From: Marsupella aquatica
Taxonomy: Eukaryota; Plantae; Marchantiophyta
DNA length: 64,000 bases
Direction: 5' to 3'
Assembly (NCBI GenBank): GCA_973895155.1
Contig: OZ316898.1
Span: forward strand, 4,154,480-4,218,479
Both the position numbers and the translations under genes were made by a program. This document shows, piece after piece, positions 13,123-25,117 of the stretch. Positions within the stretch are counted from its first letter, which is position 1, and each line of letters begins with the position of its first letter. The notes under the pieces were generated by a model. That model saw nothing but the letters and a program-made list of their open reading frames with translations. It was not told the origin of the DNA and searched no databases.

Positions 13123-13835
13123 GTCAACATGAACATGTGTAGAACATAAACCACAACAAACGCCGTCATCATGAAAATGTGTAGAACATAAACTTAAATA
13201 AACTCTGTAAACTTAAACAAAGAGAGATTTGCAGAACATGAACCTGTTCAGGTTGTTGGTTGATGTCTGTGTCCTCATGGACTCCGGTTGGTTGCCCTCC
13301 TTCCGGCTCTGTTTCTTCGTGTTGAAGCAGTTCCAAATGGTCAATGCCACCCATCTAAGTACCAAACCTGGACCCTAATTGTTGTACTAGAACACCTCCA
13401 TCGAAGCCTCTAAATAAGAGAGCCTTAATCTGATGTTTACACATATTTCCCTCATCCGCCCATTTACAATCATAGGAAGGAAAGTTTGAGAATATATTTC
13501 GAACAATGTGCTCCTTCCCATCAGGCTTGGCACTTCTTACTATTGCCTGGTTGGGCAGGCTTGGATCAGGAAAATAGACTTTGTGGAATTTCATAGCATG
13601 CATGGCCTTGTGGAGGCTATTGAGGACAACCTCTTCCTTTTTGCAATTGATGACTCTCCCCCTTGCTTTGCACCGAAGCTGGTACCAAAAGAAAGGAAGC
13701 ATAACCTGGAACAAAGAAGTGACAACCCTGTCTAGACACAGAGCTCCAATGGACCCAATATTCCTCTTGATCATCTTCTTCAATGTTAAATGCCAAGCTT
13801 TAATTGCACCATTTGTATTCTGATTGGCTCGAGGC

Positions 13836-14130
13836 GTCGGGGGTTTCACTTCCACAAAAATGGCATATCACGTGCGACAAAGGATAGGGTCATTTTATTG
13901 GTTATAAGTGAAGACTTAAGAATTTTTGTAGAAGAACAATAGGGTCTTTTAAATTCAATTTTGAGACTTATAAGAACATTAGGGCCTTTTTAATCCAATT
14001 TTTGGAATATTCCAAGAATATTCCAACTTTATAGGGGTTAAAAAATAATTTTTTTCTTACATTTTAGGGGGTCCAAGGCCTAAAAACGTCGCAGGTGATG
14101 GGGAGGTCCCCATGTAGTGAGACCCCCGAG
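13836..14130. mobile_element. MITE family A copy 1 (295 bp, 8-bp TSD)
   Basis: TIRs (G)TCGGGGGTTTCACT and AGTGAGACCCCCGAG. TSD CTCGAGGC at 13828-13835 and 14131-14138. Near-identical to 55741-56037. Confidence 0.93.
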
Positions 14131-17100
14131 CTCGAGGCATGTCTTGAACAACCCTCATCCACTTTGCTGTGATTCCACAAATGCATAAAAACAATAATTA
14201 GGTGTAATCATGAGAAAACTGCCAAGAAATATGCTTGACTCATCGCAAGGAAAAATGAGTAGGTCGGCAGAACATGAACCTGTTCTGTGCATCCAAGTGT
14301 CTTCAAAATAAGCTAGGAATCGTTGTTCCATGTGGTACTTTGCTTGGAAGGATCGCCACTTAACTTGCATGTCTTCCTCAGTATTGGCGTACATGAGATC
14401 CCCCAGATCATCGTTCATATCCAAAAGCTTGGTTCTATTTGGTATAGTCTTGATCAAATTCTCCTTCCAAGCTCTGTATACACAAACATGTAAGTGGGTT
14501 GGGCAGAACATGAACTTCATAGGACGAGTTACAAATGTGATAACATTACTTGCAACACAAAATGTTTTCAATGTGGAAGAACATACCGTCGAACATGCCA
14601 ACTGCAAAAATAAATGGGGATATTGGGAAAGACAACTTTCAGTGCGCTGACTTCAGCCTGAGCACAGTCAATAATGAAGCAACTAGGACTCCAATCAGGT
14701 TTGTGCGCCAAGGCTGTATCCTTTATTGCCTTCAAAAAAGTAGCGATGTGCTCAGCTGATTCAGACTGCTGGATGCACCATGCTATGGGTAATCCCATCT
14801 GGTGTTGATCAAAAGCAACGAGCGTGAAGAAAGGGAACTGCAACCGCACTGGGGTTAGAAAGGTAGAACATGAACTAGAAGACAAATAATGAACTCAAGT
14901 ACATTGTGTAGTGACATGGCAGAACATGAACTACAAGACATCAAATGAAATAAGTCACATGGGCAGAACATGAACTATAATACTAGAAACAAAATATATG
15001 AAGAGTAGAACATGAACTATAACAGAAGGGATAGACACAACAAAACATATGAAGATGGCAGAACATGAACTTCAACAAAGATACAAAATGAAGTCAACTG
15101 CATGGTCAAATAGGTGTGATGGGCAGAACATGAACCATAATTGAAGGAACAAACACAAGAAAACATATCAAGATGGCAAAACATGAACTAGAAGACATGG
15201 AATGCAATGAAATGGAGATCTTGAGGAGATGAAATGCTAATTACATACCCCATATTTATTAGTTGCAAAGGTACTATCTAACGCCAACACTGATCCATGA
15301 GATAGGGTGATCATCTGCGCTCTTTGCCAAGGTGACTGCAATGAAAGTATGAATTCCTGCTCTGGTGGGCCCGCCATGTACTCCTGTGAAAGAAGCACTC
15401 TTTCAGGATACATCCCCATCCATTTGCGCATCGATGCCTGGTCATTATCAGACCATAGCCAGGTCTCCTTGTCAAATTTTCGTTTGAAGTTTTGAAGATC
15501 TTGTTTAGAAACCAGGTCGTCTCTCCCATCGAAAGTTAGTGACACACCAGGATCAGTGGTATTGTGTCCACAATCATCACCATCTCTTTCAAACTGCGAT
15601 TGACAATGGAGGTAATAAATATCAAGGACGGACCATCCTGCCCTCAATAAGTCCTCAAGGTGCTTCCGGATCTCTTTGGTCAACCATGGAGCAATGGTGC
15701 ATTTTGGTCCCCAAGAGGGCGGCCCCAATTGTGGATCCCAATCGCCATGCACAATGTCCCCTCTTTGATTACAATGCTTTCTGCAATTGGAACACAGATT
15801 GAACATAAACCATTGCATACAAAATAAGATGGTAGACAGTAAAAACAACTATGTGCACAAAATTAGGCAAAACCTAAACTGCAGCACATAAATTCATGTG
15901 AACGTGGACCCTGCAACGGACTTGGAGTATGCATAATTAGACAGAATGCATCCTTGCCTGTTTATGTAGGAGAGCTGAACAGTATCAGGGTTGGCCTTCA
16001 TCCTCTTTGCAATGAAATGACACTGACATCCTCGCTTGGCATGGTTGTTGAATGCATTCTTCCGTAATCTAGGTCTACTCCCAATTCCTGATGTTGGTTT
16101 TGTTCCAGGCAGTGGAGGAATAGCTACGCTACGCATGTCTTCCTCTTGTGGGCCATAGGAACACCAGAAGATGACATATTCTATCCAATCAGTGTTATTT
16201 GAATTAGATTTTCTTGAGGTTCTAATATGAAATGAGCTCTCAAATTTTGGATCCTTTCTGCCTTCGCCATCTTTGAAATCAGTGAGACGGTTCCATGGAA
16301 TGAGAGCTTGGTCATATGGGCTCCAAACAATCTGTAGCGACAAAAATTTCCCAGCCGGTGGAATCTGTACGTACTCCCATGTTTCATGACTCATTGGATT
16401 ACGCAAAGGCTCCCAACAATTATCCTGCCACGGCGTTGGAATAACATAAACTACAAGACAAATATTTTTGGTATAGAACTCACACCGCGCGATCGGGTGC
16501 ATTTGCATTGCAAGGGCAATTGAAATTGAATGGCGACGTGTTTGCAAAGTAGTACCACGATGTCTGGGGGGGAAAAATGTGGTTCTTGAGGAAGCACCGG
16601 GCCTATGGCTGCTAGTGTCAAGAGAGAGTTTAAGTTAAGATCATGATTACTATTCTAGACTGGGTAGCAGACACTACAAGGAACGGTTCCGTGGATGAAA
16701 GCACAACATCATAACCCTTTTCTCCATACCTACGGACTATTGCCTCCTTGGCAGCTACCTTGGGTCGAGTTACAAAATGAATATCTCCCAACGAGAAAGA
16801 AACGGGAGGCTCATCGGAGGGAGGTTTGTTGAGATCCATCTCAATACAAGATAAAGATTGTGCAAGCCCGATCCTGCCCGTAAACTACATAAGGGTATAC
16901 AATTGGCTTTATTGAATTTAATACCGCAGTTGCAAATGCTTCTCCAAAGTGAAAAGTCATATGCTGGCGCATTATCTCTTTTTGGAGTACATGAATTCTA
17001 ATAAGGAAAGGATTAGGGAGAGGAAGAATAGGTACAGGTCTGGGCATTATCGTACTATCAAATATATTCCATCCAACTAATTTTTATTCTAATGACAAGA

Positions 17101-17224
17101 GATAGAATCATTCAACGAAAAGATCATTCATTTCAAACAAATATCATGCATTGAGTTAACTCTAAGTATATACATGCAGATGTTTATCTTAATAGGTTGA
17201 TCTTCTTTTGAATGAAAATACTAT

Positions 17225-17487
17225 CTGAAGGTCCAACTCATACAAAATACCTCTGGCCGAGTCGAAGCTCTAAGCAAGAGTGCATGAGTGGGTCTACTTC
17301 ATAAGGATTTCACCCAAAAGGGAGCATATGATGTCAAGGCATTGTTGAGCACTTTTCAACTCTTTAGAACTTAATAACCATCTCCTATCAAATGACAACA
17401 CTTTCTGAAGGTCCGACTCATACAAAATATCCCTGGCCGAGCCGAAGCTCTAAGCAAGAGTGCATGAGTGGGTCTACTTCATAAGGG
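17225..17487. repeat. Direct repeat, about 80-bp conserved core at 180-bp spacing
   Basis: CTGAAGGTCC.ACTCATACAAAATA...GAAGCTCTAAGCAAGAGTGCATGAGTGGGTCTACTTCATAAGG at about 17225 and 17405. Confidence 0.85.
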
Positions 17488-17704
17488 TTATATTCATAGA
17501 AGAGATCATCAAGTCCAATGGATTTTTAAGACTTCACAACTTAGTTGATGAAAAATGGGGAGTGAGGGGAGAGAGCCCCTCTCCTCTTTATTTATAGTGC
17601 TCACACCTCAAGCACACAGATCAAGCATGGCACACGGATGGAAGCCATGTGTCACACATCCAAGGCAAGTAAGTGTGCTAGTACTGTAGTTACATGAGCG
17701 GAGC

Positions 17705-17998
17705 AACTGTAGACAGTACACTGTAGCATGCACACTGTAGATCGTACACTATAGCATGCATACTGTAGATCGTACACTGTAACATGCACACTGTAGATCG
17801 TACACTATAGCATGTACACTGTAGATCGTACACTGTAGCATGCACACTGTAGATCGTACACTGTAGCATGCACACTGTAGGTCTTGCACTGTAGCATGCA
17901 CACTGTAGATCGAACAATATAACATGCATACTGTAGACCGTGTACTGTAGCATGCACACTATAGGTTGTGCATTGTAGCATGCACACTATAGACTGCA
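17705..17998. repeat. Minisatellite, about 28-bp period made of two 14-bp subunits
   Basis: About ten units of CACTGTAGCATGCA-CACTGTAGATCGTA. Confidence 0.92.
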
Positions 17999-18516
17999 TA
18001 TGCGAGAATTTAAACTACTATCCTATACTACTAAGCTATACTTAGGAGGAACTTACTAAACAAAGAATCCCCACGACAACGAGCGCAAAGACAAAGAGCA
18101 TGTGAATTGACAAATACTAGAAACATTTAGGGGGAAATGAAATCGGTGGAAATGAACAGCGGCATAACATGATATCAGGTGGCAATGGTAGAATCACACG
18201 CACCCTTTGCTTGCAATGACAATCATGTTGGAAGTAGTGACATCACAATCCTGACACTTCAGAATGAAGCACTCATGAAAATCAATCTGCCATCATTCTA
18301 CCGTGAGTTCGTGTGTAGGTGGTCCGGAAGCGCAATTGAGTGGTCTTGCAGGGTTCGACAACACTCGACTGTCGAGACGGGGCAGGGGAGGGTAGCGTTG
18401 GCAGGTCGGGGAGTCGGTTTGCACTCCCGCCCAAATTCAAAATGGATGGACGACGGACGGAAATGCAGTTTAGGCAGTCGAAGGAGAAATGGTAGAACAT
18501 AAACCTAGATCGCGTC

Positions 18517-18693
18517 GGGGAACGGGCAGGCGACATTGGATTTCATGACAGGCAGCGTACGGGGTGCCGCTAAACTTGGAGCGCATTAACGCAGTGTTAA
18601 ATGGTCACGATGGGGAACGGGCAGGCGGCATTGGATTTCATGACGGGCAGCATACCGGGTGCCGCTAAACTTGGAGCGCATTAATGCGGTGTT
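18517..18693. repeat. Direct duplication of about 82 bp
   Basis: GGGGAACGGGCAGGCG.CATTGGATTTCATGAC...GCCGCTAAACTTGGAGCGCATTAA occurs at about 18517 and 18612. Confidence 0.85.
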
Positions 18694-20199
18694 GATTTAA
18701 CCTAGGGTTCAAGCTAGGAGAGAAATTTTAATGTGTGCCAAGACTCAAGAGTACTAGGGTATTCATACGAGAGGGCAAGGGCCCATAGGGGCAACACCTA
18801 GTTCAATGAAAGAGCCTTTGTTTTGAGATCTCATGGTTGAAATAAAACTTAGGCATGATCTAATGGTCAGACATGCTTCCCGCCCATAATGCATTTTGTA
18901 ATGGGAGGAAGGACAAAAATGGGCAGGATAGTCTATTATAGTTGTAGATACCATTCATCAACTCAGTTTCTATTATAATAGTTTCTGGTTCTGGCTCCAT
19001 GCCCATTAAAAAGTATAATCCAACGTTGCGCCAATTTATACAGTGGTCGTCATTCAAATATGCAGGGGCCACATTTTAGGTGACTAAACAAAAAAATGTG
19101 ACCCAACCCTCCACTGTTGTCGTGACTATCCCATCTTGCCCCTTGGACACACCGTGCTTCGCCCCAACTTAACCCGTGCTCCATGGGCCGGCCTGCCCCT
19201 CCCCCACACCCTCCCTTACATGCCGCAGCCCTCCCACCATGCCTCCCTCTATCAGTCTCTCATCCCGCGACCTCCCTTCCCTCGCTCCCCTGCTCCCTCC
19301 CTCCTTGGCTGCACCTCCCTCCCCTTGCTTGCACACCCCGACGCATTCATCCTCCCTTGGGTGACGGATGTACGGGCCGCCTCTAGCCTTGCCTTGCTTG
19401 ACCTCTAACCCCCCGTCACCTCGACTCTACCTAGCTTGCCTCCTTAACCCAATGCCAAGACCCCTTGGGGCAATGGCATGGCTCATTCCATGGCCCAGCT
19501 TAATTGCTTCTTTCACCTCAACATCTTTTACTGAGCAACATCGCTTACTTGCCCGCTTACTTGGTGATTGGCATCTTTTGGCTAACAAGGGATGTTATGT
19601 CAATGACATCTTCAAGTGACTAACAACTTACATGATCCCAAACTTTCAGATCTTATACTTGACAATGTGCATCTCTTACTAGTAACGACATCCGCTTACT
19701 ACAACATCTGTGGCGCCACAACATCGTAGTTTGAAGTTAACATTTGGGCGCCACAATATCGTTTTGCTGAACACGATCTTTTTACTTAACAATATCTTTG
19801 ACATAACATTCAAGACAATCTATTGTGCAACGCCCGGGTATTGAGGCACTGTACTACAAAAGTATTTGTGTGCAATCTACTACAATTACAACTGACTACA
19901 AGCAGAGCTGTAAGCAATGTCAAGAGGTTGTTAACCCCATCACTTATCAGTCACCCGTATAAGTAATTCAAGCTGTCTATCTGATGCTGTAAACCCTAAA
20001 CATCATTAGGTAATTGACTATTTTCACTTGATGGCGGCATAGCTAGATGAGTTGCTTTTCCACAATGTGGGCTCAAACCTACTCGACTAACCTTGTTGAG
20101 TCACTTTTATGTTGAGCATAGACGACACTCGTAACGGTAAGCACATGACGTATCTAACGCGCAAGTAGTCGACACAAGAGATATGTGGTTCACCATCAA

Positions 20200-21041
20200 C
20201 TTCTCCATCAGCATTAGTCACATTGGCTGATGAAGATTCAACTGCCTTACCCTTACAATCCCTCTTAACGTGACCAACCTTGTGACACTTCCAGTAGACT
20301 ACTGGCTTTCTCTCCTAGGACTTCCCCCTTGAAGCAAATCTCGTCCTAGATTTACTTCGTCCCTTGCCATTCATGTGTTGCTTGGGACGCTTCTATGACC
20401 TTCCACGATTCACATTCAAGGCAGCACCACACGACGATGCTGTCTGAGCTTGACCTAGTTTCTTTTGTGCATCATCTGATAGCAAAGAGTTTACCACCTC
20501 ATTGTATGAAATAGACTTCAGGTCTCTATACAAGAGAACTTGCTTCAAATCTTGATAAGATGGGGGTAATGAGCTGAGAAGAAGCAAGGCCTTGTCTTCT
20601 TCTTCAACGCCCTTACCAAGATTAGACAAATCAACAACTAGGTTGTCGAATTCATCCAACTAATCCTGAAGCTTGTTCCCCTCTTTGAGCCCAAGGCTCA
20701 GATCAAGAGAGACTTCTTGTACAATCGGTCTGATACATCCTCCCGATAATACTTCTCCCTTAGGGCTTTGAATAGAGATGCACAATCCATGTAGTCATCC
20801 AACTTCTTGATGATATGCGGCTTCAGATTAAGCATCACCGCATTCACTACAATCACTTGTTCCTGCCTCCACCTCTTAGTGGAATCTCCTCCTCATCATT
20901 GTACATCTCTCGTGTAGAGAGAAGATGATCTAGGCCCATAGCACAAAGAACTCCTTTCACTTGCTTCTCCTAGAGCAAGTAGTCCGTACGCCCATCATAC
21001 TTTTCCACCTCAAACTTGACACCTCCGAACCTAGATGTCAT
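20200..21041 (-). pseudogene. Copia gag remnant
   Basis: KFEVEKYDGRTDYLL, EEEDKALLLLSSLPPSY and a decayed zinc knuckle (YWKCHKVGHVKRDC). Contains stops and frameshifts. Confidence 0.88.
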
Positions 21042-22211
21042 CTATTTTTCCTTCACAATCCCCTCTACTTGTTGCACCGGTGATCGTACTAGTGTCACGT
21101 GCGCTTCCTCTTGCTCCTCTCTCTCCACCTCAAACCACCATAGGTGATCCTCATGTTTCAATCTCCACGTCTTCAAAAATCTCCTCCAAATCACTCATGT
21201 GAGAATGCAAGAAAAAATGAGGTTTTTCTCAACTTCTCCAAAAACTCAAAACTTATCACCGCCACCTAGCCCATGAGCCTAGCTTTCCAATGCTGAAATC
21301 TAGAATCAAAACCGAACTCTGACGTGAAAGTTATTCACTTTTTGATCGGGGTGGGTAAAACTTGGAATTCTCCCCCGTTTTGACCACCTTGGGGAATAAC
21401 CAAAATGTGAACTAGTACTCGACGTCGGATATGCAATTCAATTTGTGCACCGCATTGCCAACTCCGATGGGTAGCAACTTGCCAAAGATGAACAAAAAAA
21501 GTTACCTTTCGGCGGACAGAATCTTTGACGGACGGCCGAAAACACGCTCTTTGTTTTTCAGGAATTTTCCCGCACATAGCAGCACAGCTCACAGGGGGCC
21601 GTTCCCCCTGTCCAAGTGGTTAAATTGGAGGGCAGCAGGTCCCGGGATGCGGCAGCCAATGAGGAGGGAGGAAAAGAAATAAAATTAAGGCCTAAAGGGG
21701 GTTTAAAGCCCCTTTGTAAAAACAGGCATATAGCAGGGGCGTATGGCGGGGCCAGGCGCATGATACGCGCAGAGAGGGCGTACTAGGGGGCGGCAGCAAC
21801 CGTGAAGTGGCAAGGCTGGGCCGCGAGCCGGGAGGCGGGAGGCCGTGGCCGCAAAATGGGGACCGGCCAGAAGCCAAGTCCGGAGGGGGCGCGACGGCGT
21901 AGCGCGGGGGCAGCCGGAGGTCGCGGCCGGCCGGCCGTGGGGGGGTTTAGGCGCGCACGGTGGGAGGGCAGCAGCACCGATCGGCGCCGCGCTGCCAAGC
22001 CGGCTACGGGGTCGTGACGGGGAGGGGGGATGTTGTACGTAGGGAGGGTGGGTGCGCGTGTCGATAGATGGGAGGGCAGGGGGTGTGTGCACACACCCAA
22101 ATCTGTGTATACACAAAAGCGGGGGGACCCCCCCAAAAACACAAAGGAAATAACCACCAAAGAAGCCGAATTGACACTCATCATCGGCAAGGGCCCAAAA
22201 GACTCTCCCCT

Positions 22212-22213
<2 letters not shown>

Positions 22214-22252
<39 letters not shown>
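22214..22252. repeat. (GA)n microsatellite
   Basis: Pure GA run of about 19 units. Confidence 0.95.
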
Positions 22253-22255
<3 letters not shown>

Positions 22256-22759
22256 GGCCTGTAAGAAATCTAAAATTGCTTGTGGAAATCAAACGAAAAG
22301 AGCTTGCACCTTGTAACATTCAGATTACGGTGAGGAATCAGAAGCTGATGTCGGTGAGTTGGAATGATTTGCGCACCCGCATTGTTTGCTGGTCAATCAG
22401 TGGCAAAAGTTCAGAACTCTTTCCTCCCGTGGGCAAAAACGTCAAACTGGCACTCAAAAGGATCACCTCTTCGTGATCCTCCGTTCAGCCCAAGCACTTC
22501 ACGTCTCTCCCTCTGAGTCGAGCGCAACGACGAGAAACCCCACTCAGTCAAAACAAGACTCCATAGCCGGTCAGAAAAATCAGAATGCTTCTTTTGCTCG
22601 TTGCGACGCACTCGTTACACACTCGGCAACAAACCATCTACCAAAATGATCAGCTCATCCCGATCTACAAGTGGAGCTACAGCATGCGACGCCTCATGCA
22701 CCACAAGGCTCACACCGGTGAAAAAAAAGAACTCTGGTCCCTTCTTCGAAAAAACCGTC

Positions 22760-24244
22760 AGTTGCGGAACTCGACTACCTTAACACTTAGCTCCGCCGTC
22801 GCTGACTCCGACACCGAGCTCCCTTATGGTCCAGGCCCGGATAGGCCATCCGGGGAGGACTTGGCATGGGGAGACTTGTGGGCAATGAGACGTGGCACTG
22901 GCGAGGCAAGGGGCCAAGCTGGGGACACAAACTAAGGACTTGGACTAGCCTATGGCTGGTCGGGTCAAGGGGAAATGGGCCGGGCTCATGGATGGCTGTC
23001 CGGACCGTCGGATGGGCTTTGAGTTCTGAGGGCTTGGAAGTGAGCTCCTCTCGGGCCCAAGGCCAATGGAGTTGACGCCATTGGCAATGGACGCTTGGGG
23101 CGCAAGTTGTGGCCCGAGCCGGGTTGGGCCGGTCGGGGGCCCCGAGCGGCGATCAGAACTGAGGGCCTAGGCATGAACACTGGGTTGGCCCGGTCGCAAC
23201 GGGCTAAGGCACTCCGCTTATGGATGCCTATCAAGAAAGTTATGGGCATTGCCAGTTGGTGGCGCGCCCATTAGGCGCGATGGGATCCAGGTTGGGGGCC
23301 AAATGTTTCGGGACCAAAGCTGGTCCGGGGGTGGCAGGTCTCCAAAAGCATATATGAGGGGAGTGGTGTCTCCCTGGGGGCTAAGGGCGAGCCGAAGTCG
23401 TGAGCCGCGACAGTCGCGACACTAAAGGAAACCGCCAAACATAAATGGCGATATCTTCCCAACGGGAAGTCCGTTGGAGGACTTCTTAGGTGCGTTGGAA
23501 AGCTCTTGAGGAGGGCGTAGAGCTCAGATGGGTTTGGGGGTTCCATGGGTTCTCGTGGTTTGCGGGTGTTAGCTCGCCCGTTTACCAAATCCTGTCGAAT
23601 AGCAGCCAAGCCGCGTTCAGCCTCCCATGGGAGCTTGCGTTGGGGAGGCAAGGCCAAGTAGGTATGGAGGCTGAGTCCCAAGGGCACTCGGTCCCTAGAC
23701 CATCAGTGGGGCAAACCGGGAGTCGGTGTTAGAGTCGGGGCCGTTCTGGTCCCGACGTGTTGAGACAAGCTTGGGACAAGCTGTAGGACAAGCTACGCTA
23801 TTTGGGCCATGAGCATGTCCTGAGGTCAGGGCGGTCAGTTGGTGATGGATAGGTACGAGGGGGAACCCGGGCCACGCCCAAGGAAGGAGCTGTCCTGGAT
23901 GGACAGTGGGCGTGGGTTCTGGTTCCGGCTTATGGCATCGGGAGGACCTATCGCTGACCTATTTACCAACGTCTATTGAGCTTGAGTTAGGATGCTAGAC
24001 TTGGCGAGTTCTAGATCCTGAAGGGTTACTTACCGAGGTACGTGGTGGCTTGTGCAGACAGTGAGGACCGTTGAGTAGCGGTCGTGTAGGAGAGCAAGTG
24101 CGGCTTCGTATGGGAGGGGCCACTGGAGGTGCAAGGGGCACTAGGGTGCTTGCTCGAGGTATTTCGTGGAGCGTTCGGGCACCAGGGGCACTTAGGCGTG
24201 AGTGCTGGGATTGGTGAGGGCACTGGGTGGCTAGGTCCACCACT
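22760..24244 (-). mobile_element. Probable solo LTR (1485 bp) with AGT...ACT termini
   Basis: Interrupts the copia leader at a site that is contiguous in the sister copy (about 61890-61905). 5-bp direct repeat CCGTC at 22755-22759 and 24245-24249. GC-rich, with no recognisable ORF. Confidence 0.7.
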
Positions 24245-24831
24245 CCGTCTAACACGAATGTTTCCAACTTTCTTCACAAAATCCAGAACGACGAAAACTT
24301 AGATCTCTCCGCACCACAAACTCTGTTTAGAAATTTTTCACACCGTTGGAAAGCCCTTGCCCCGACCTATCCGTTGAGCCCATAAACTCCAAGTTCCACG
24401 AGACGAAAGTCCGAGAAATCCACCGACACTCAGCGCTGGAAAAAACCATCACGAAAATCCCATCACGAACAATTTCACCTCCTAGGCATGCTCTGATACC
24501 AATTGTTGAGCATAGATGACACTCGCAACCGTAAACACATGACACATCCAACGCACAAGTAGTCAAAACAAGAGATACGTGGTTCACCTACTCGAGGCTA
24601 CATACACGGGAACACACAAGAGCCCCCGGCTAAACCAAGTCTCCACAGTGTAAGCTCTCCTCATCTCTCAAGTGACTCCGTAACAATGAACCTAAATTTC
24701 ACTTATCCAAGCAAACACCGCTTGGTATATAGTGTGCATCCTAGTTAACCTAATCACATCTTCGATTATAGTTAGTCTAAATACAATTACATATCGTAAC
24801 CCTAGACCTTGAGTAAATACCCAACATTTTA

Positions 24832-25117
24832 CACATGGTGGGCTCAACCCTACACATGGTGGGCTCAACCCTACTCGACTAACCTTGCTGAGTCACTTTT
24901 AAAACTAGGCGGCCTCGCTCAACCCTACTCAACTAACCTTGCTGAGTCACTTTTAAAACTAGGCGGCACTAGGCGACCTCCCTCAGAAGGATTATATGCA
25001 TCCAACCAACGAGGAGTACTGATGGGGTTGTTACACTTACACGCTAAAACAGATCAACAAAGCGATCAACAAAGCTGAGGATCAACAAAGCGATCAACAA
25101 AGCTGAGGATCAACAAA
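24832..25117. repeat. Short tandem repeats flanking the copia insertion
   Basis: GCTCAACCCTACTC.ACTAACCTTGCTGAGTCACTTTTA occurs twice, with a third copy left of the element at about 20070-20109. GATCAACAAAGC(TGAG) occurs five times at about 25052-25118. Confidence 0.8.

Larger units (their letters stand above)
12168..16547 (-). pseudogene. Mutator-like (MULE) transposase with SWIM zinc finger, multi-exon, disrupted
   Basis: KRGCQCHF WRKY-like N-terminus; MULE DDE core (LALDSTFATNKYG, GLPIAW, FIIDCAQAE, FCSWHVRRAW); TNGAIKAWH with the catalytic E apparently mutated to K; SWIM-like YDC...NMCKHQ. Premature stops and a MITE insertion at 13836. Both ends approximate. Confidence 0.88.
20110..24826 (-). 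mobile_element. Ty1/copia LTR retrotransposon, internally deleted, with nested insertions
   Basis: 5' LTR at 24504-24826 (TG...CA). tRNA-iMet PBS reads GCTCTGATACCA on + at 24490-24501. Gag remnant present. Only the last ~85 bp of the 3' LTR remain (20110-20194). TSD TTTTA at 20105-20109 and 24827-24831. Same family as the element at 61223. Confidence 0.9.

Noticed and set aside
16630-16839. ORF starting MDLNKPP (EAR-like DLNxxP) as first exon of the MULE transposase
   Set aside because: Plausible, but I could not establish an in-phase splice or frame link to 16547.
17705-17998. CRISPR-like regular repeat
   Set aside because: Units are contiguous with no unique spacers, there are no cas genes, and the context is eukaryotic; it is a minisatellite.
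18757-19132. Possible MITE with GGGTAT...ATCCC ends
   Set aside because: No matching TSD and only weak inverted similarity.
21700-23750. Many overlapping GC-rich ORFs
   Set aside because: Expected from low stop frequency in GC-rich LTR-like DNA; low-complexity translations without motifs.
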